Below are positions 40,501 to 55,900 of a stretch of 64,000 bases of DNA, piece by piece. The translations under genes were made by a program, and so were the position numbers. Source of the stretch: Tubiluchus corallicola. Taxonomy: Eukaryota > Animalia > Priapulida. The stretch is taken from contig JAQGDQ010000067.1 of the NCBI GenBank assembly GCA_030141605.1, forward strand, positions 310,001 to 374,000, read 5' to 3'. How positions within the stretch are numbered: position 1 is the stretch's first letter; each line of letters opens with the position of its first letter. Under the pieces are notes generated by a model, which saw only the letters and a list, made by a program, of their open reading frames with translations, did no database searches and was not told where the DNA came from.

Positions 40501-43500
40501 TGTAGTAGTCACATATCTTAAAAGCAAGTTCGTAATACACTGCACAGACAAGTTCACTAGTTTAAAACTCATTATGACACCTAAAACTCGTGACTCTTAA
40601 TTTCTTAATGACACTACTAGCGTGAAGGGATGGGCAGGCCCCTTGGCCCACACCCTAAATGCAGAAGTGCAGTTACAGTTGGCTAAAAACTGTCTAGACG
40701 ACAGAAATCGATAAGATAATCGACACTATGTAAGTGACACACATAAACATAACTTCACTACGTAAATCAGCTTACTGCTCTGGGATTGCTCAATCAAACA
40801 AGGGGTTGATGTATTTCTTTGTTTACTGCTAAAAACTGATTTTTTTATTATCAGGAGCTTCTGTCAACTGATCAGCTGAATTTATAATAATAAAAATTTG
40901 TGGATCTAAACTGAGAGCGGTTTAAAGACATGGAGTTGCCTTCAAGCAAAAGCAAAATGATTTTTGTCTCAGTCCAGCACTGGATATGACATTCATGGCA
41001 TACACGTTATTTCTACAAGCTATTTAGATTATATTTAAAAGGCCATTTTATTTATTTTCAATGTTTTTCTGTCTTACTTACAAAAAATTGCGAGACTGCT
41101 GAAAATATTTTTCCGAGGTCAAAATCCAAATATTTGTCAATCTCAGCTCGCTGCCGATCATCACTTGGGTACAACTTGGTCTCTTTGGCATATTTGTTCA
41201 CCAAGTATCGTAAAATTGCACGACTGCAAAAATATGACAATTTGTTATTTCATAAAAGAACATTAATTTTTTTTTGCCTTAAGCTTAAGAAAAATTTCCT
41301 AACTGATTAATTAAGAGCTCAGAAAAAACTTTGCTGAGATTTTTTAGTTTTATTTCAAAGATTAAATAACATAGGTTAAACAGTAGAATGTGAAGGAGTA
41401 GTTCATTTTCTGACAAAAATTTCATATTTATTAATATAACTGCTGTCAGGTAATATGGGTAATAAGTGCTATTTCTTAATCAAAGAACCTTACCACATTT
41501 CAGTGGACAACAACTCAGTCTAGGATAGCCAAGTTTTTTATTGAAAAACGTTTACTCAATTACCTTTCCCAGAGTATGAAGTCACCATCTTTTATGATTG
41601 GTACGCAGTGTTGAGGATTCATCTGAAAAAAATAGATAAGAAGTGAAAATTTGCTTTTTGCTACCTCTAGGATAATTATGTATGTAAATGTAAGAGTAGG
41701 AAAATTCCTCTAATTTAGTATTGTAAGAGCATGATAGATGACAGCCTCTAATTCAGTGATGTATGTTGACCTGATTCGATGGCATTGACTTGACTAGTTG
41801 CAAAAATGAGCAGTGCTTCTTCACTTGGCTGGTTTAACTAACTCATAAGCAAGACTAAGCACATGCTTAGGGCACCAAGGCTCAAGGGACACCAAGCTAG
41901 ACACAAAAAAAATTGAAAACAGACAATAATTTTAGTAAAGTATGTTAAAGAAGTCTTTCATAGTTCAAAATGCGATGGCAACAGGAGAATGATTATTTTT
42001 TTCTGTTGGCAAGCACCGTACCTTTTCTTGTAGCTGACTTGTTTAATTAAAATCTCATTTTTACGTCGATAAAGAATTCAAGGGCATACAGAGCAATGGA
42101 GTTTGTGTTATATATAATATTGTATAATTTGTATCACATAACATGTATGCTTTGACCCACATGTGGGTCAAAAGATAGAGCTGGACACCAATTGCCTGAA
42201 GTGCTTAGGGTACCAACACTCCTTAATCCGAAGCTGGTTGTGCATACTGTTTAGCTTGTTCAAAACAACTTGAGTGATTAGGTTATGATTGGGCTATGAT
42301 TGCACAAAAATATGACTGTTCTATAGTTGTGGAAACAAATTATCTGTGTTAAAAGGAGAGAGATTGCAATTTTCTTATTGTGGAATCCAACTTCCAATGC
42401 AAAACAAAGTTATTACAACAAAGTCATGTTTCTGGCAACTCGGGTTTTCTTGGTTTTCATCAGTCAGAGTAGTGCATGTTGCTTGCAAATCACTACAATA
42501 TTGAGAAATCAATCCAATATGTGAACAATAATATTCACTGAATATTTTAGTTCCATGTGATGCATCACGTTATCATAGTGAGCCAAACTATTTCACAGTT
42601 ACTGTAACTTCACGGCAGCCAGGTAAAATGACTACATCATTTTAAGGAATAGTTTACTGAGCTTACTCATTCTTGTGAATGCAATGCTTTTACACGATTA
42701 AATTCTGATTGATCATTGTTAGGTTTAGTGACTCATTAGGGAACCTGTAATTTGACCTTGACCACAGAATTGCATAAGCTGTTCCTAAATAAATAAATCT
42801 TTTGTTTTACATTATGCTTACATAACGTAAATGCCTCTAATTGGACGGTAATCTCACAAAATTAAAACACAACCCGTAAAAACTTTATAAGAGGCAAACG
42901 ATAAATGACCTTTAAGTCCATGCTTGGAATTGCAGCCTGCATGCGTGCTTGCTGTTTATTATACACAAGAGAACAATTGAACACTAAATGGTTGGGAGTT
43001 TGATGGTCAATACCACAATCGCGTCTGCTCGTCCCATCGTTAGGTAATCCTACTAGCTGGTTTCAGTGCTGGATCTTTGTGGACCACAACGTGGTCGAGA
43101 ACAACTCGATTTCGTCTTCTTTATACGTTAACAGTAGTTGCGAAACATCGCTTAATTTATCGTTATAACGTACGTCTTTTGTTGTGTTCAAGCGTAGGCA
43201 GGGGTTAGCGGTGGCACATAGCTAAAAATTGTCTGGGGCACAGGCATCAAACGGATTATAATTTGCTAATGAAAGAAAGGGCATATTCTGGTCATTGCGT
43301 GTCACTCACACATTCTGGTCATTGTGTGTCACTCACACAAACGCATTCGTATCGATTTATTTTACTAAAAAAATAAAAATTAATATAAGATGAATTTGGG
43401 CCCTTTAAAAATTATCAACCCCTGGCTTCCAATATACGCCGAATATACGTAGACTTACAACTGCTACGAGTTATCACCTACCTTAAAATATATAACATCA

Positions 43501-46500
43501 TATCACAGTAGCCGCAGTCTGCAGTACGTACCTTTAAAAAATCGTGTGTAAACTGATCTCCGCCCACGAGGTCAACGTTTCTCGATCTGAAGGGCAGATT
43601 TAATTCTTTGAGCAGTACTAATACGGCCCTTGAGGGTGGGCTGATAATATTGTAGTAAAGCACAATTTCGTCAGCCATTGTAAATTTCCGATAAAGTTTG
43701 AAACTAATCTAGTTTTCTAGATCGTGCCGCAAATTTCTGATGTTAAACTGTCTTCTATGTGTACAACTCACCCGTGGGCGTGCACTTGTAAACACGCTCA
43801 CCTTGAACTTTGAGCGGACTCGATCGAAGCTTACAATGGCAGGTAGGAGTTCCAAGTAAGAACGTCACGAAATGTGGAAATACTTCTAATGTTTATGCAA
43901 AATGTTTATGCTCTAACATGCCACATGCCACATCCACACTCTTGAACGGCATATAGAAGCTCACAAGGACTTCCTCTAAATGCTTCACAGCCGTCACATG
44001 AACTGTCATCAGTGCACCACTACCAAACGCCAAATATGCCATATCGCCAAACCTGACATACTGTTATACAATTGTAATTCCCGACTACGAGAGCCTAGGC
44101 CTGGTCACAAAGGTAATGATGAACCCAGATCGACCTTGAACCACGAAATACGCACTGTGAAATATATTTTTATCTCTCAAGTTTTTTAGCACGGCTCCGC
44201 TATGAGCCTTTTTAATATGATGATGTTTTGTGCCCGATGTTTTTAAAACAGATAGTGCAATTGTTATAGTAGAGTTAATGTACCCCCTTCTATGAGAAAT
44301 TTTACGAAAATCAAGTTGAACTTATTTTATAACTACTGGACAGTAATTTGGCATAAAATTTTAGTGCTGTGTCGCCTAATTAATGAGTAATTAACTTACT
44401 TGTGTCCCACGGGTGTTTGCGCCTCCAACGCCACACCCAGTGTTGCGGTGGATCGATATATTATACATTTTAATGTTTTGTTTACAGCTATATTTAAATT
44501 ACTGTACCTGACCTTGCCTCTGATAGCTGATAAAATTGTCATTTGTTGCCTCCGTTAATGGGATTCTGTCAAGTTTGCGAGAAAAACGATTATTTTTCGT
44601 CGTATCGTGAAAGTTCTAAATGTATCAGAACAATAATAATACTTGTGAATTATCTACAAACGTGTGAATAATGCAAGGGAAAGTTCACTACATTAATCGT
44701 AAGAATAGGCTTAGATTTTGTTTTAATTTTTGTGACAGTAATTGAGAACACCGACTACAAACAAACAAATTGCAAAACTGCTAGCCTACAGTAGAAACAG
44801 CGTAGATTATTAGGTTTTATTCTGTTAGAAGAATTTGTTAATTTTAGTCTAGTCCCATTTTCAGAAAAATGGAACTCTGGAAGTGTTTCTTCTAAAAGTA
44901 GGCAACATAGCCAGTCTTATCAATTTGTCTATGCAGAATCCGAAAAACGCTGTTGCCAGCTTGAAAAATTGGTGGAAAGGGGTTACAAATGCAAAAAATG
45001 GCCACCAACTTTTTGCACAATCAAGGTAAATTAAGAGAAACGTTTAGCATATTAACATTATAAAGCCAATATGACATCTATTCCAGGGTAGTTGGACCCA
45101 GGAGCCCATTTCTGTCATTCGAAAATGACTACAGTTTTCAAAATGGCAGCCACGTGATAACGAAATACATGTAATGCCAGTCATGCAGTTACGTTAACCG
45201 TTTCATCATAAGATTCATTATACAAACAAAAAACAATCAACTGAGTCTTCTGGAATCCAGAAAGATGCTACTAGCCCCAAAATACATGTAATGTAAAGCA
45301 ATTCAAACAGCCCAATAAGTAAAAAACAAAATGGTGGATGGGACCCTGAGATAATTGTATAGCAGAATAGAAAAAAACCTCCTCTTTTTGCTTAAGTTAC
45401 AAAACTTTGCACAGCGTTAAAGCCAATCAAGGTGATTAATTTTGGATATGAGGCCAATCGAACATGAAAAGCCAATCGAATTTTAAAAATGGGTGTCAAA
45501 ATCGATGCCTGTAATTATTAATATGAAAAAGCCATATCCTTACTGTTGGCGCAGTTAATGTCACGATTTTAGTGTCTAAATATAGGTTTTCAATTTCAAG
45601 GAATCAACTTCTGATGCCCAGAAACAAGAAACACCCATGACATCACATCAGTTAGAATAAGAATAAGAATAATTTATTTGTTTGCCTTCCAAATAAATAC
45701 AATACATTAACCATAAACATGATTAATTTTGGATATGAGGCCAAATGAAATTCATCCAATATTGCCACCATTTCAAAATGCCCTAGAAGATGGAAGGCTG
45801 TTGCTAGTTTTTTAAAGCTGCCAGAACAGATAAGTATTTTTAAGTGTTAGTTATGGGTTGCTTGACCGTAAAACCTATATTTAGACACCAAAATCATCAT
45901 CTGATCTGTTCTAATAGTTAACACACACACACATATATATATATAGCCTTATATGCTAGCAAGGAATCTTATTCAACAGCTTGAAAATGGCACCCATGCT
46001 GGAGGATTCAATATCCAAAATTAGACCTGGCAGGTTCTAACATTGTGTTAAATTTTATAACTTTTAGGCAGAATTTAGGAGCAATTTTTCACTATTCTGC
46101 TGACTATATGTCAAGGGCCGGGTGGCCAATTTGCTTTTTGCTTATTTCTTATTGCATCCTGTTATTAGTCTAGCAGTATTTAGATTCGACAAGGTCACAT
46201 TAATAAAAATGACTTACTTTTTGTTTTTGCAAGAAATCTTTTGGTGAAACAGGTAATATAATTGATCAGAATAATTTCTTTTTGTGGGCAGCCACTTTGA
46301 AAACTGTGACCATTTTTGTAACAAAAGTAACAGAAGTCGTCATCGCTTCATAATATTGATTTTCTGGGAACTTGCTTTGATTTACATTGTGCACCCAAAA
46401 ACCTTGCAGGCTTTTTGTTTTTCTGACCATTTTCATTAATTTTTCAAGTCGCAACAGCTTTTTTCGGATCTATTATGGTCCCAATGATAAGACTGGCTAT

Positions 46501-49500
46501 ATGACCCACTTTTAGAAAAAAATGCCCCTAGAACTTTAAAGAAATACCTTTTCATGATCTTCTTCTACTCTAGTGGCGACCATTTTGAAAACGGTCATCA
46601 TTTAGTAATAATAATAACTTATTAGCCTCAATCCATAAAAATGTTCTAGGGCTTTACAATTAGTAATTGATAAAAGAGTGAGTAAAAATACATCATGAGT
46701 GGACTTAAAATAATACATTACAATAAAAGTAGCACCACAAATTTTACAAATAAAATTGAAGACATAATGTAAATCCAATTAAATTAATTTTATTGTATAA
46801 TTAAAGGTTAAAACCTTTTTGGAATAAAAAATTGAGGCTTCTTTTAATAATATATAGTGACTGCCATTTGTGAATAGGTGTTTGATTCCACAATAGAGGA
46901 GCGGCAGATGAGAATGACCATCCTAAACAAGTGACTTGCTTTATTCTTGGTTGGACCAAGTTCATTGAATTTGTTGAGCACAAACTACATTTTATAATAT
47001 ACCACGAAATTAACTAATGAAGATAATGGGGAGCCAGCTGATGCACACATTTATAAGCAGGCAATAAAATTTTAAAATCTATCCTGTATTTATTTGGAAG
47101 CCAGCGAAGATCAAACAAAATGGGTGTGAATTGATTGAATTTCTTTGTTTTTGTTACAACGCCAGGTGCAGCATTTTGTACACATCGTACACATTGCAAG
47201 GCAGCAGGCATGCATACCTTAGAGAATTGCAGTAATCTAGGCATGTTGTAATAAATGCATACACCAGCTGCTCGGTGGTAAGCAGACAACCATCTGGTTG
47301 TCCATTGACACTAAAATATCATTTTGGACACGAAGCAATTCGGTCTCAGTCTGTATGCAGATTGAAACTCTTCAAATAAATCATTTGCTAGAAGATAAGA
47401 ATGTAAGCGATTTTCTACAGCTTTTACTATTGCTTGGATAGAAAGCCAAGATTAGAAACCTGATGGTAATTTTTTAATTCATTAACATCAAGACTGCGCT
47501 TCTTCACCAAAGGGATCACAATAGCATGTTTCATAGAGTTTGGAGAACAACCTGATTGTAAGGAAGCATCTACAATTGTTACTATAGACAGCAATAGATA
47601 AGAAAGCCCTTCTTTAAGAAGCACTTCTTTTTAAAATGAAAATGATAAAAATGGATTCCACTTGTCTAACTACCTTGAAATATATGTCATAATGGCTTTC
47701 TAATGTTAATTTTTTGGAAATTTCTTATAATTTGCATTGATTGTGCAAGAACTTGGTGGCCATTTTTTGTGTTTTTAATCCTTTTCGTTAAATTTTCGAG
47801 CTGGCAACAACTTTTTTACGATTTAGCATAGTCAAACTGATAAGATTGCCCACTTTTAGAAAAAAACGCCTCCGGAACTTTTTAGAAGCACTTTTTCAGG
47901 AAATGGACCTGCACTGAACATCAATCAGGTGTGCTGCTAGCAGCTAGCATGACATTGTAGCAGAGTATAATTTTACCAGCCTCGACAAGAATGTATGAAG
48001 TCTGTAAAGTTTGTGTAATGATGCAGGGATCACAATGTAATAACTTTAATTTAATGCTTATTATTTATATCTTTTTCAGTCGCTGGAGTTAAGATTTCTC
48101 GAATATGATGCAACAGTTTAATTGTTCTCACTTTGCTCATGTAACAACTGAGAAATATGAGATTATAAAGCTATGTAAAGTATATTTAAAAACAAATATT
48201 TTTCCTAAGCTTTAGTGTGATAAACTCAAGTGCGAAATGGTGAATTTAATTCACGGAGCTCTTTTTATAGTAGTCAGGCTGTTTTAATAATTACTTACAA
48301 ACCAATTTTGTAACACAGTCAGTTTTATGAAGTGACTACTCAAATCAGAATTTCGTTTAAGCTAGATCAATGTTTTCTTAAAGAAATCACCTGAAAGCCT
48401 AAAACTGAGAATGACCTATAGAGAGACAAATGAAAACCATTTTTGTATTTTTTGACAAAATTGCCTTAGCACAGTAAAAAATCTTAACATAAGATCATAG
48501 TCATCATACAATTGCCCTGTGGATGTTTTGTCACACATTTTGGACAAAAACTGTCCGAAATACAGGGAGTTAAAGCATCTCTCAGCTAAAGTTTATGAAT
48601 TCTAAAAATATGGCTAGCACCGATTTCAGCAAAAGCTCTTACATTCAAAATGGAATTGTTATAAATGTGTGCCAGATTAACGTCAATTATTTCTCAGAAA
48701 GAACAAAAGCAGGATTAGATAAATACATCAATAGTACTTCCTGTGATATTGTAGCAGTACAAGAAACAAAAGTTGATGTAAATAATGTGAGTGATGTAAA
48801 GTTGAAAAACTATTAGGTGTATGTCAAACCATCTACGGGGCAGTGTGGGGGTTGCACCCTGTTTGTTAGAAATGTACTAACTAGCTTTAGATTTGGTGAG
48901 CTGGAAGACTCTAATATCGACGTAATTTGGGCTTTCGTCCACGCAGGGTCAAAAAAATTCATAGTGGATCAGTGTGTGTCACTGATCATAAATCAATCAC
49001 AATTAACGACCCGGTTTTTAGAAAATTTCTGTTATGCTTAACACTTTGCATAAAACATGTAATTAGTAGTTTATAGCTTTTGGTAATTTTAATGCCAACA
49101 ACTTGAATAGGATATTGCACGCTTATTGGGCAGTCAACGAAAATTATTGACATTATGTTAGATGTTAATTGCTGTAGTGTCGCACAAAAGTGTTGTGATG
49201 AACTTTATTTGTGGTGTCATAAGTGAAGACTAATTATAAACACCTCCCATAATAAAACAGAGGTTATACTTATCGGTTAGGATGAATGCATCCTCAGTCA
49301 GACAAGTAACCTAAAAATTGGTAACAAAGATATCTGTTATGCTGATTGCAGCACTCTGTTATTAGAGATTTTTTGGCTAAACGCTGGACCAATAAGTACC
49401 GAATTAAGACACAACTGGATGGTAGATTCTGTTCTTACTTGGGTAGGCTATGTTTGACCGACTTGCGTCTTCCTATAAGTGGAAATAGAAATTTGGGAAT

Positions 49501-49886
49501 TGCTTGTTTTCTAGTAGAGCAGTTAATTTAAATGTATTCCTGTTTAGAATTGGACTAATATGAGATGCTGCTTGTACATGTGAGGCTGAACAATAAACAC
49601 TGATACATTTGTTATGTGAATGTCCTCTTACAGATGTTATTACTAGACACGAATTTAATGATAAATTAAAAAATCAAGAGCTGCAGTACATTTACATAGA
49701 AAGAGAAGGAAATTTACCATCTGCTTTTATAAATATAGTCCAAGATTCTTTTATATTGGAAACCGTGCTAAATAAGCGTAATCATTAAGAATTTGATTTT
49801 TTTAGCTAATGCATTAATAAGTTAGTACATGAAATAATGTAGTATTAATGTTATCATATATATAAAGTTGTCTTGCACTTATTGTA

Positions 49887-49930
<44 letters not shown>

Positions 49931-52900
49931 AACTTTATTTATTTTGAGTGAAGTCTGTATGATAGATACATAGGCCCACTGTTTATTTATATTATTTATT
50001 ATATTTTCTATATTGATTGTAGAGATCTCTCTCTCTTTTCTCTCTCAACAACGGCTTAGTTGTTGCGGTTGACTGAGTGAAAAGTGAATATGTACGTTTT
50101 GAGTCTCCCAATTGCGGCTATTTTTGTCATTTTTATCTTGCAAAGTTGGTACAAAGTGATATCAACAGATTCGCAGAAACCTCAGGAAAGTGATAGTGAC
50201 GCTTTGAAAGTTATTTCCATTCGCTGGTCTGAGTTTTTGAATAAAACATCTTCAGACTTAAAGAAATTCTAAACTAAATTTGGAGCTTTGGTGGATAGGA
50301 CTCGTTGGTCAAGCTAATTACATAACATAACATAACATAACATAACATAACATAACATAACATAACATAACATAACATAACATAACATAACATAACATAA
50401 CATAACATAACATAACATAACATAACATAACATAACATAACATAACATAACATAATCTTTTATTTATCTAGCAAAACACACACAGTTATAATACAAATAA
50501 TAATTTGGAAAAAAAAATTGTGAAGAAAGGGCAGCGAAAGACCAATTGGTCATCTAGTCAGCTGCCCTGTGGTTAGTATTGAACATTTCTAAAGTATATA
50601 TATATGTATACATGCATATACACATACCCATTGGCATACATACATACACATGTATATATGCGCACATACACACATACATACATGCATATATACATACAAA
50701 TATGTACATAAGACAATTATCCAATAATAATAAGTGTTTAATAAAAAAAGCATAATTTCTGACAGTCATAAAAATAAATGATCATGCAAATAATGGAACT
50801 GAAAATCAGGTGGATCTATATATATATATATATATTGGTATATTGAAGTATATTAAATTGGGCATTAATTTTGATGCACAGGCATACGGAAATTATAATT
50901 TACATAGCAAAAGACAGGATCATGCAGGGGAAAAAACAGTCGGAATCCAAAAATTACATTGCAAACAATGTTGTAAATTGTGTGTAATGATCGTGCATAA
51001 GCAAGCAAATGTATGATAAAGCCTTTAAAAATTTGAAAGCGATTTTCGATGATATGAAGAAAAAAAATTAAGCAGCTATTTAAAGCATAAAAAAGTTACC
51101 TGGATGACTGCATGAGGAGATTAACAATTGGAGTCCAGACTTTATTGGAATAAAGACAATTGGAGTCCATTGTGCAGGTAATAGCACGGAACTCAAAAGC
51201 AGCAAGCCTAATCCGATCTGCAGGCATGGCGACTCAAACCTGCCATCATCTCAAATTCAAAATAAGAACAAAGAATATTGAAGTCGTGAGTTGTGTAGAT
51301 TCACCCAGTGACCAGTGAAACCTACAGAAATGACAGCCGTTATGTGTACAAAATTTGCTGCTATGCATAATTGTGGACAGATCATCAATTCAAGAGACTA
51401 GAAAACCATTAATAGAACCTGGAGATCTGAGCACCATAATTCAGCCAGCAGAATCAACTAACTTCTCCAGCAAAAACAGTGGAAATAATCAGAGTAGTAG
51501 ACAAAGTGACAGTGGCCTTCCGTACATCATGACATCAGTGATTTAATTATTCAACCTATCGTTATGCTTGTTAACTAAGTGAAGCTCACAGAAGTCTTAC
51601 GACTACTTCACCTTGACACTAGCATTCTCATGTCAAGCGCAATGATTATGGAGAAACTATAGTTGATGCATATCAACATAAAAATGATGCAAGATAACTT
51701 GACTCACTTTGTCCTCAAACAACACTTTTTTGTAGCGGAGCATTCGGCAGATCGTCTAGTCAAAATAACAAGAATACTACAACTCCAGTGATTATTCTGC
51801 AGGCAAAGGCTAAATACGATCCAAAAAGATGCTTATAATTGAAAATGTTAAGGACAGAAGCATTGTGCAGTCAAGGTTGGCAATTAAGAAGCACTTGAGG
51901 TGCTATCATCCCACAAGCGTGTTTCGAGGCAGCCTACAGAACAGCGTGGGGCAACATCCAGATTCACTTGCCAGAAAAAGAAATCACAGGTGAAATCTTA
52001 GCTAAATGGAAATCAGCCTACTCGGCAAAGACACTAAAGCTAAAAAACCAAAAATTCAACATTGGGCTTACTCAGAGACTGTGATACTAGTTTGAGTGAT
52101 ACGGAAGTGTTAGACAAAGTACAACTCTTTGACAATGCAGCTACAATTGCCAGTTTTAAAACAAAAAGATGGTACAGCGATGTCTGTGCTGAAGGTAAAA
52201 TTTAGCTCTGAATACCTATTGTAGAGAGCCATTGACGAAGGTATGCCCGTTGGCCAACTGATATGCAACGTGGAACATTTCCAAATTAGGCAAAAGCCGC
52301 TCAGGTGCTACCAGTGTCGGTCTTACGGACATGTGACAAAATGGTACTAGTGGCATTAATAATATGCATCGCTGTGACCCTAAAGATTGGTGGCCAAGTG
52401 GCCCAAGCCATTCCGATTTGCAAAAGGGAGTCACAGTGACGTTTTGGAAGTGGATAGTGTCCTATAATACATTTAATACATTTTGAAAGTCTATGGGGAA
52501 AAAGCTAACTTAGCATAGGGGTAGCACTAGCAAATGGAAGATCACTGACAATATTTGTTATTGACCTTGACCTGCAGATTGGTAGAATACTATAGTCCTA
52601 GGTAAGGTAATAGGTACCAAATGTTTATGTCTTCAAGGCCGTTGAGCCAAGTATGAAATTCTGAAGTCTGAATGATCTCTTGTGTGTAGCTTAATATAAT
52701 ATATATTTCTGCTAATGTAGTGTTTTTGTTTAGGTTTGGGTGCTGACAGGAGACAAGCAAGAAACAGCAGTCAATATCAGTCATTCTTGTGGTCATTTTA
52801 AACGTGGTATGAATGAATTGTATCTTGTACAACAGAAGAGTCACAGGCAGACAGGAGAAACAATAGACCGGCTTAGGCAAACGTAAGCCAATTGCAACAG

Positions 52901-55900
52901 ATTTAATTTTGGTAAAGGTTAGGGTTAGGATTATTTTCTTTTTCCTGTAACTTTTTCTGTGACTTTTTTACCCATGGCTTTACCTGGATTCGTTGCATCT
53001 TCATTTAGCTAATATGTAAACATCAATTTGTTGTTTTGTTTATTTCTTAATGACATTTTTATGCATTTTTTTATTTTTTGTATGTTTAACAGAATAAATC
53101 AAGAGCGATTAGCTGCTTATGCATTAGTTGTTGATGGTCTGAGTTTGAAGTATGCTTTTAGTCAACACAAGGAGAGTTTCTATGACTTGTGTAAACAATG
53201 TATAGCTGTATTGTGCTGTCGAATGTCTCCTATTCAAAAAGCTCAGGTATGAAATCAGCACTTAGTTTTCATGTGGGGATTTAAATCTAAGTTTATATGT
53301 AATTCTGATATCACTTTTCTTCTATTAACTTTGACTTAATGGATTTTATGTTGTGTACTATATAAACTTTTTGTAGAACAGGAATAGTTATTGTTCCTGA
53401 ATACTGTACACATGTTTTCTAGACTGTGTACTTGTGCAGAATATTTTGTGAGATCTCATCATTTAGTGCCTGTACTTAAGCATTTGTTGTAGGTAGTGAA
53501 ATTAGTGAAATATGGAGAAGACAGACCACACACAGCAGCTATTGGAGATGGTGCAAATGACGTCAGCATGATACAAGAAGCCGATGTGGGAATAGGTATA
53601 ATTATAAGAAACAAATATAATATATATCTAGGAGGGTAATGAGATTGTCTCAGTGAGAAACACAAATGAAATGTGAATGTGTTGTAATCACTGAATTAAC
53701 AGCCTGTGATCATTTTATTCTGTCTTGTGCAAACTTATAACTAATTTTATGATTATACAGCAACTTGTCTCTGCAGGCTTTGAGTCTTTTCAGCTTTTGT
53801 CGAACACCTAATTTTTAATTGCATGTGCACAGTGCTTTCATCTATCATATTCATTTACCTTATGCATTCATTTTTATGTTATTATTCTCTATTTTTTACA
53901 AAGTTGTTACAATGTGAGCTGAATATAAAGCAATAACTTCCACTTGGTCAATGGAAAAAGTGTGTGCGACATTGCTACGTCAATACATCAGTACGAAAAA
54001 TTGTTTTTAGCAATATAGGCCATGAAGCTGGCTTTCTGTTAATTATAAAAGACTACACTAACCATTTCATGATGTGCCCAATGAGTATGTTTACATTTTT
54101 TAATAAATTAGTAAATCAAGAAATATAGGTAACAACAATAGTCTACTTTATGATAGAGACAAGAATATTTCTGGCACAGAAAGGGTTAGCTAGTTTTATT
54201 GTGTTGTGTATAAAGACTTTCTGCACTTTAGACATAACATTGCACTTAAGGTTTTAAGTTTAACTACTTAAGAATTAAATTATTGTGTCTTTTGTGACTT
54301 CATAAAGATTCATATGTAAATTAATTGTCGTTTTCTACAAAGGCATTTATGGAAAAGAAGGTCGACAGGCAGTGCGTTGCAGTGATTTTGCTTTTGCTAG
54401 ATTTCGTTTTCTTCAAAGGGCTTTTCTGGTCCATGGTCACTACTATTACTACAGAGTAGCTACACTTGTACAGTATTTCTTCTATAAGGTATGCAAAACA
54501 TACTCTGCATTTTAGTGTGTGTTGTTGGCTTCCTCAGTTATTCCAAGTCAAATAGCATGCAGGTTAGTCGCTCTGTTATCCAATTTTTAAAACATGTACA
54601 AGAAAAGTTCATCAACAAACATTACTTTATAAGGAACTAGGATGTGCATAGGGCAACTGGTTTTTGGCTGTTATAAGTTTGGCTAATGGAATATAATCTG
54701 TCTAATCACATTCCAAGATGACCAAATAAACAATAACGCCTGAGTAATAAAAGTAAATCAACGAACTGCAATTTTTTATTTCAGAATGTGGCTTTCATTA
54801 CTGCTCAGTTATACTTTGCGTTCTTCTCGAGATTTTCTGGTAGGGTAAGTAGTTGTTAAAATCTGAACTGCTTTGATTTCTCTTATTGCATTTCTCAGAA
54901 GTGTGCACAACTGAAAGTATGGATTTTTTGAATCCATAGATACTTACAGAAAAGACATTTCAGTTTCTGCTTGTGTACTTTTTTAATGCTCTATAAGAGC
55001 ATTTATTTGTCTTCATACCACCATCATAATAATTTCTGTTAGTCTGTGCAAGATATTTTTGTTAAAAGTTTTAACAACTACCTAGAGTACTGTGAGGTTT
55101 TAGAATAAATTATATTTATACATAAACTTTGAGCAAATAGTTCACACAAATAACCCTTATTATATAATTATTGCATAATTTTTTTAAACATGTTAAACTT
55201 AAACTTAGAATTGGATAAAAAGTACACAGTTTGGCACCTCAGTGTTTGTAATATTCTCAGGCCATTGTATCTGTAATGAAAATACCTGAAAAAGTCGCTG
55301 ATTCCACATCTGATGATCTATCTGCAATGCATACATCTCTGCAGCCACAGTTCACTGACTTGCAATTTATGCTAAAACAGCTGTGTAATTCTTATCATTC
55401 TTTCCTAATATCCCAACTTGTAAAACCCAATTTAATTTACACCTTTGTAGAAGCCCGAAATAGATTTATTGGGAGTTGCAATAATTGCTCTTATTTTCTT
55501 CCGTTAATCAAGTTTTTCAGAATAGAAATGCCTTAAAAATGAATTTCAGATATTTTGCACAACACTGAGTTATTACCGTATTTTCCCATGTATACGAGAC
55601 CCCTTCAATTTTTAAGCAAAAATTCTGGAAAAAAGTTTTTTGGTAATGAATAACTTTATTCATCATAGAAATCATTAAATTCCTCATCACTCTCATCAAA
55701 AATATCAACTGGAGTCAGACCTTCAGCAATTCCAGCCAGTTCATCATCAGAGGAGTCACTCTGCTCAAAAATGGCATTGGTCTCTGTGCCGTCCATGGCA
55801 TTGGAGATGCCACACTTCTTGAAAGATTTAATAATGACCTCTGGCTTTACACCATTCCATGCCTTGAGGACCCAGCTGCACAATTAGTGTCACAATTTAT

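Noticed and set aside
51000-52600. Coding-like sequence in intron 18, possible second nested gene
   Set aside because: No consistent frame, splice pattern or motif found; likely decayed repeats
52590-53665. Minus-strand ORFs 52590-52880 and 53459-53665
   Set aside because: Antisense shadows of ATP11 exons 19 and 21
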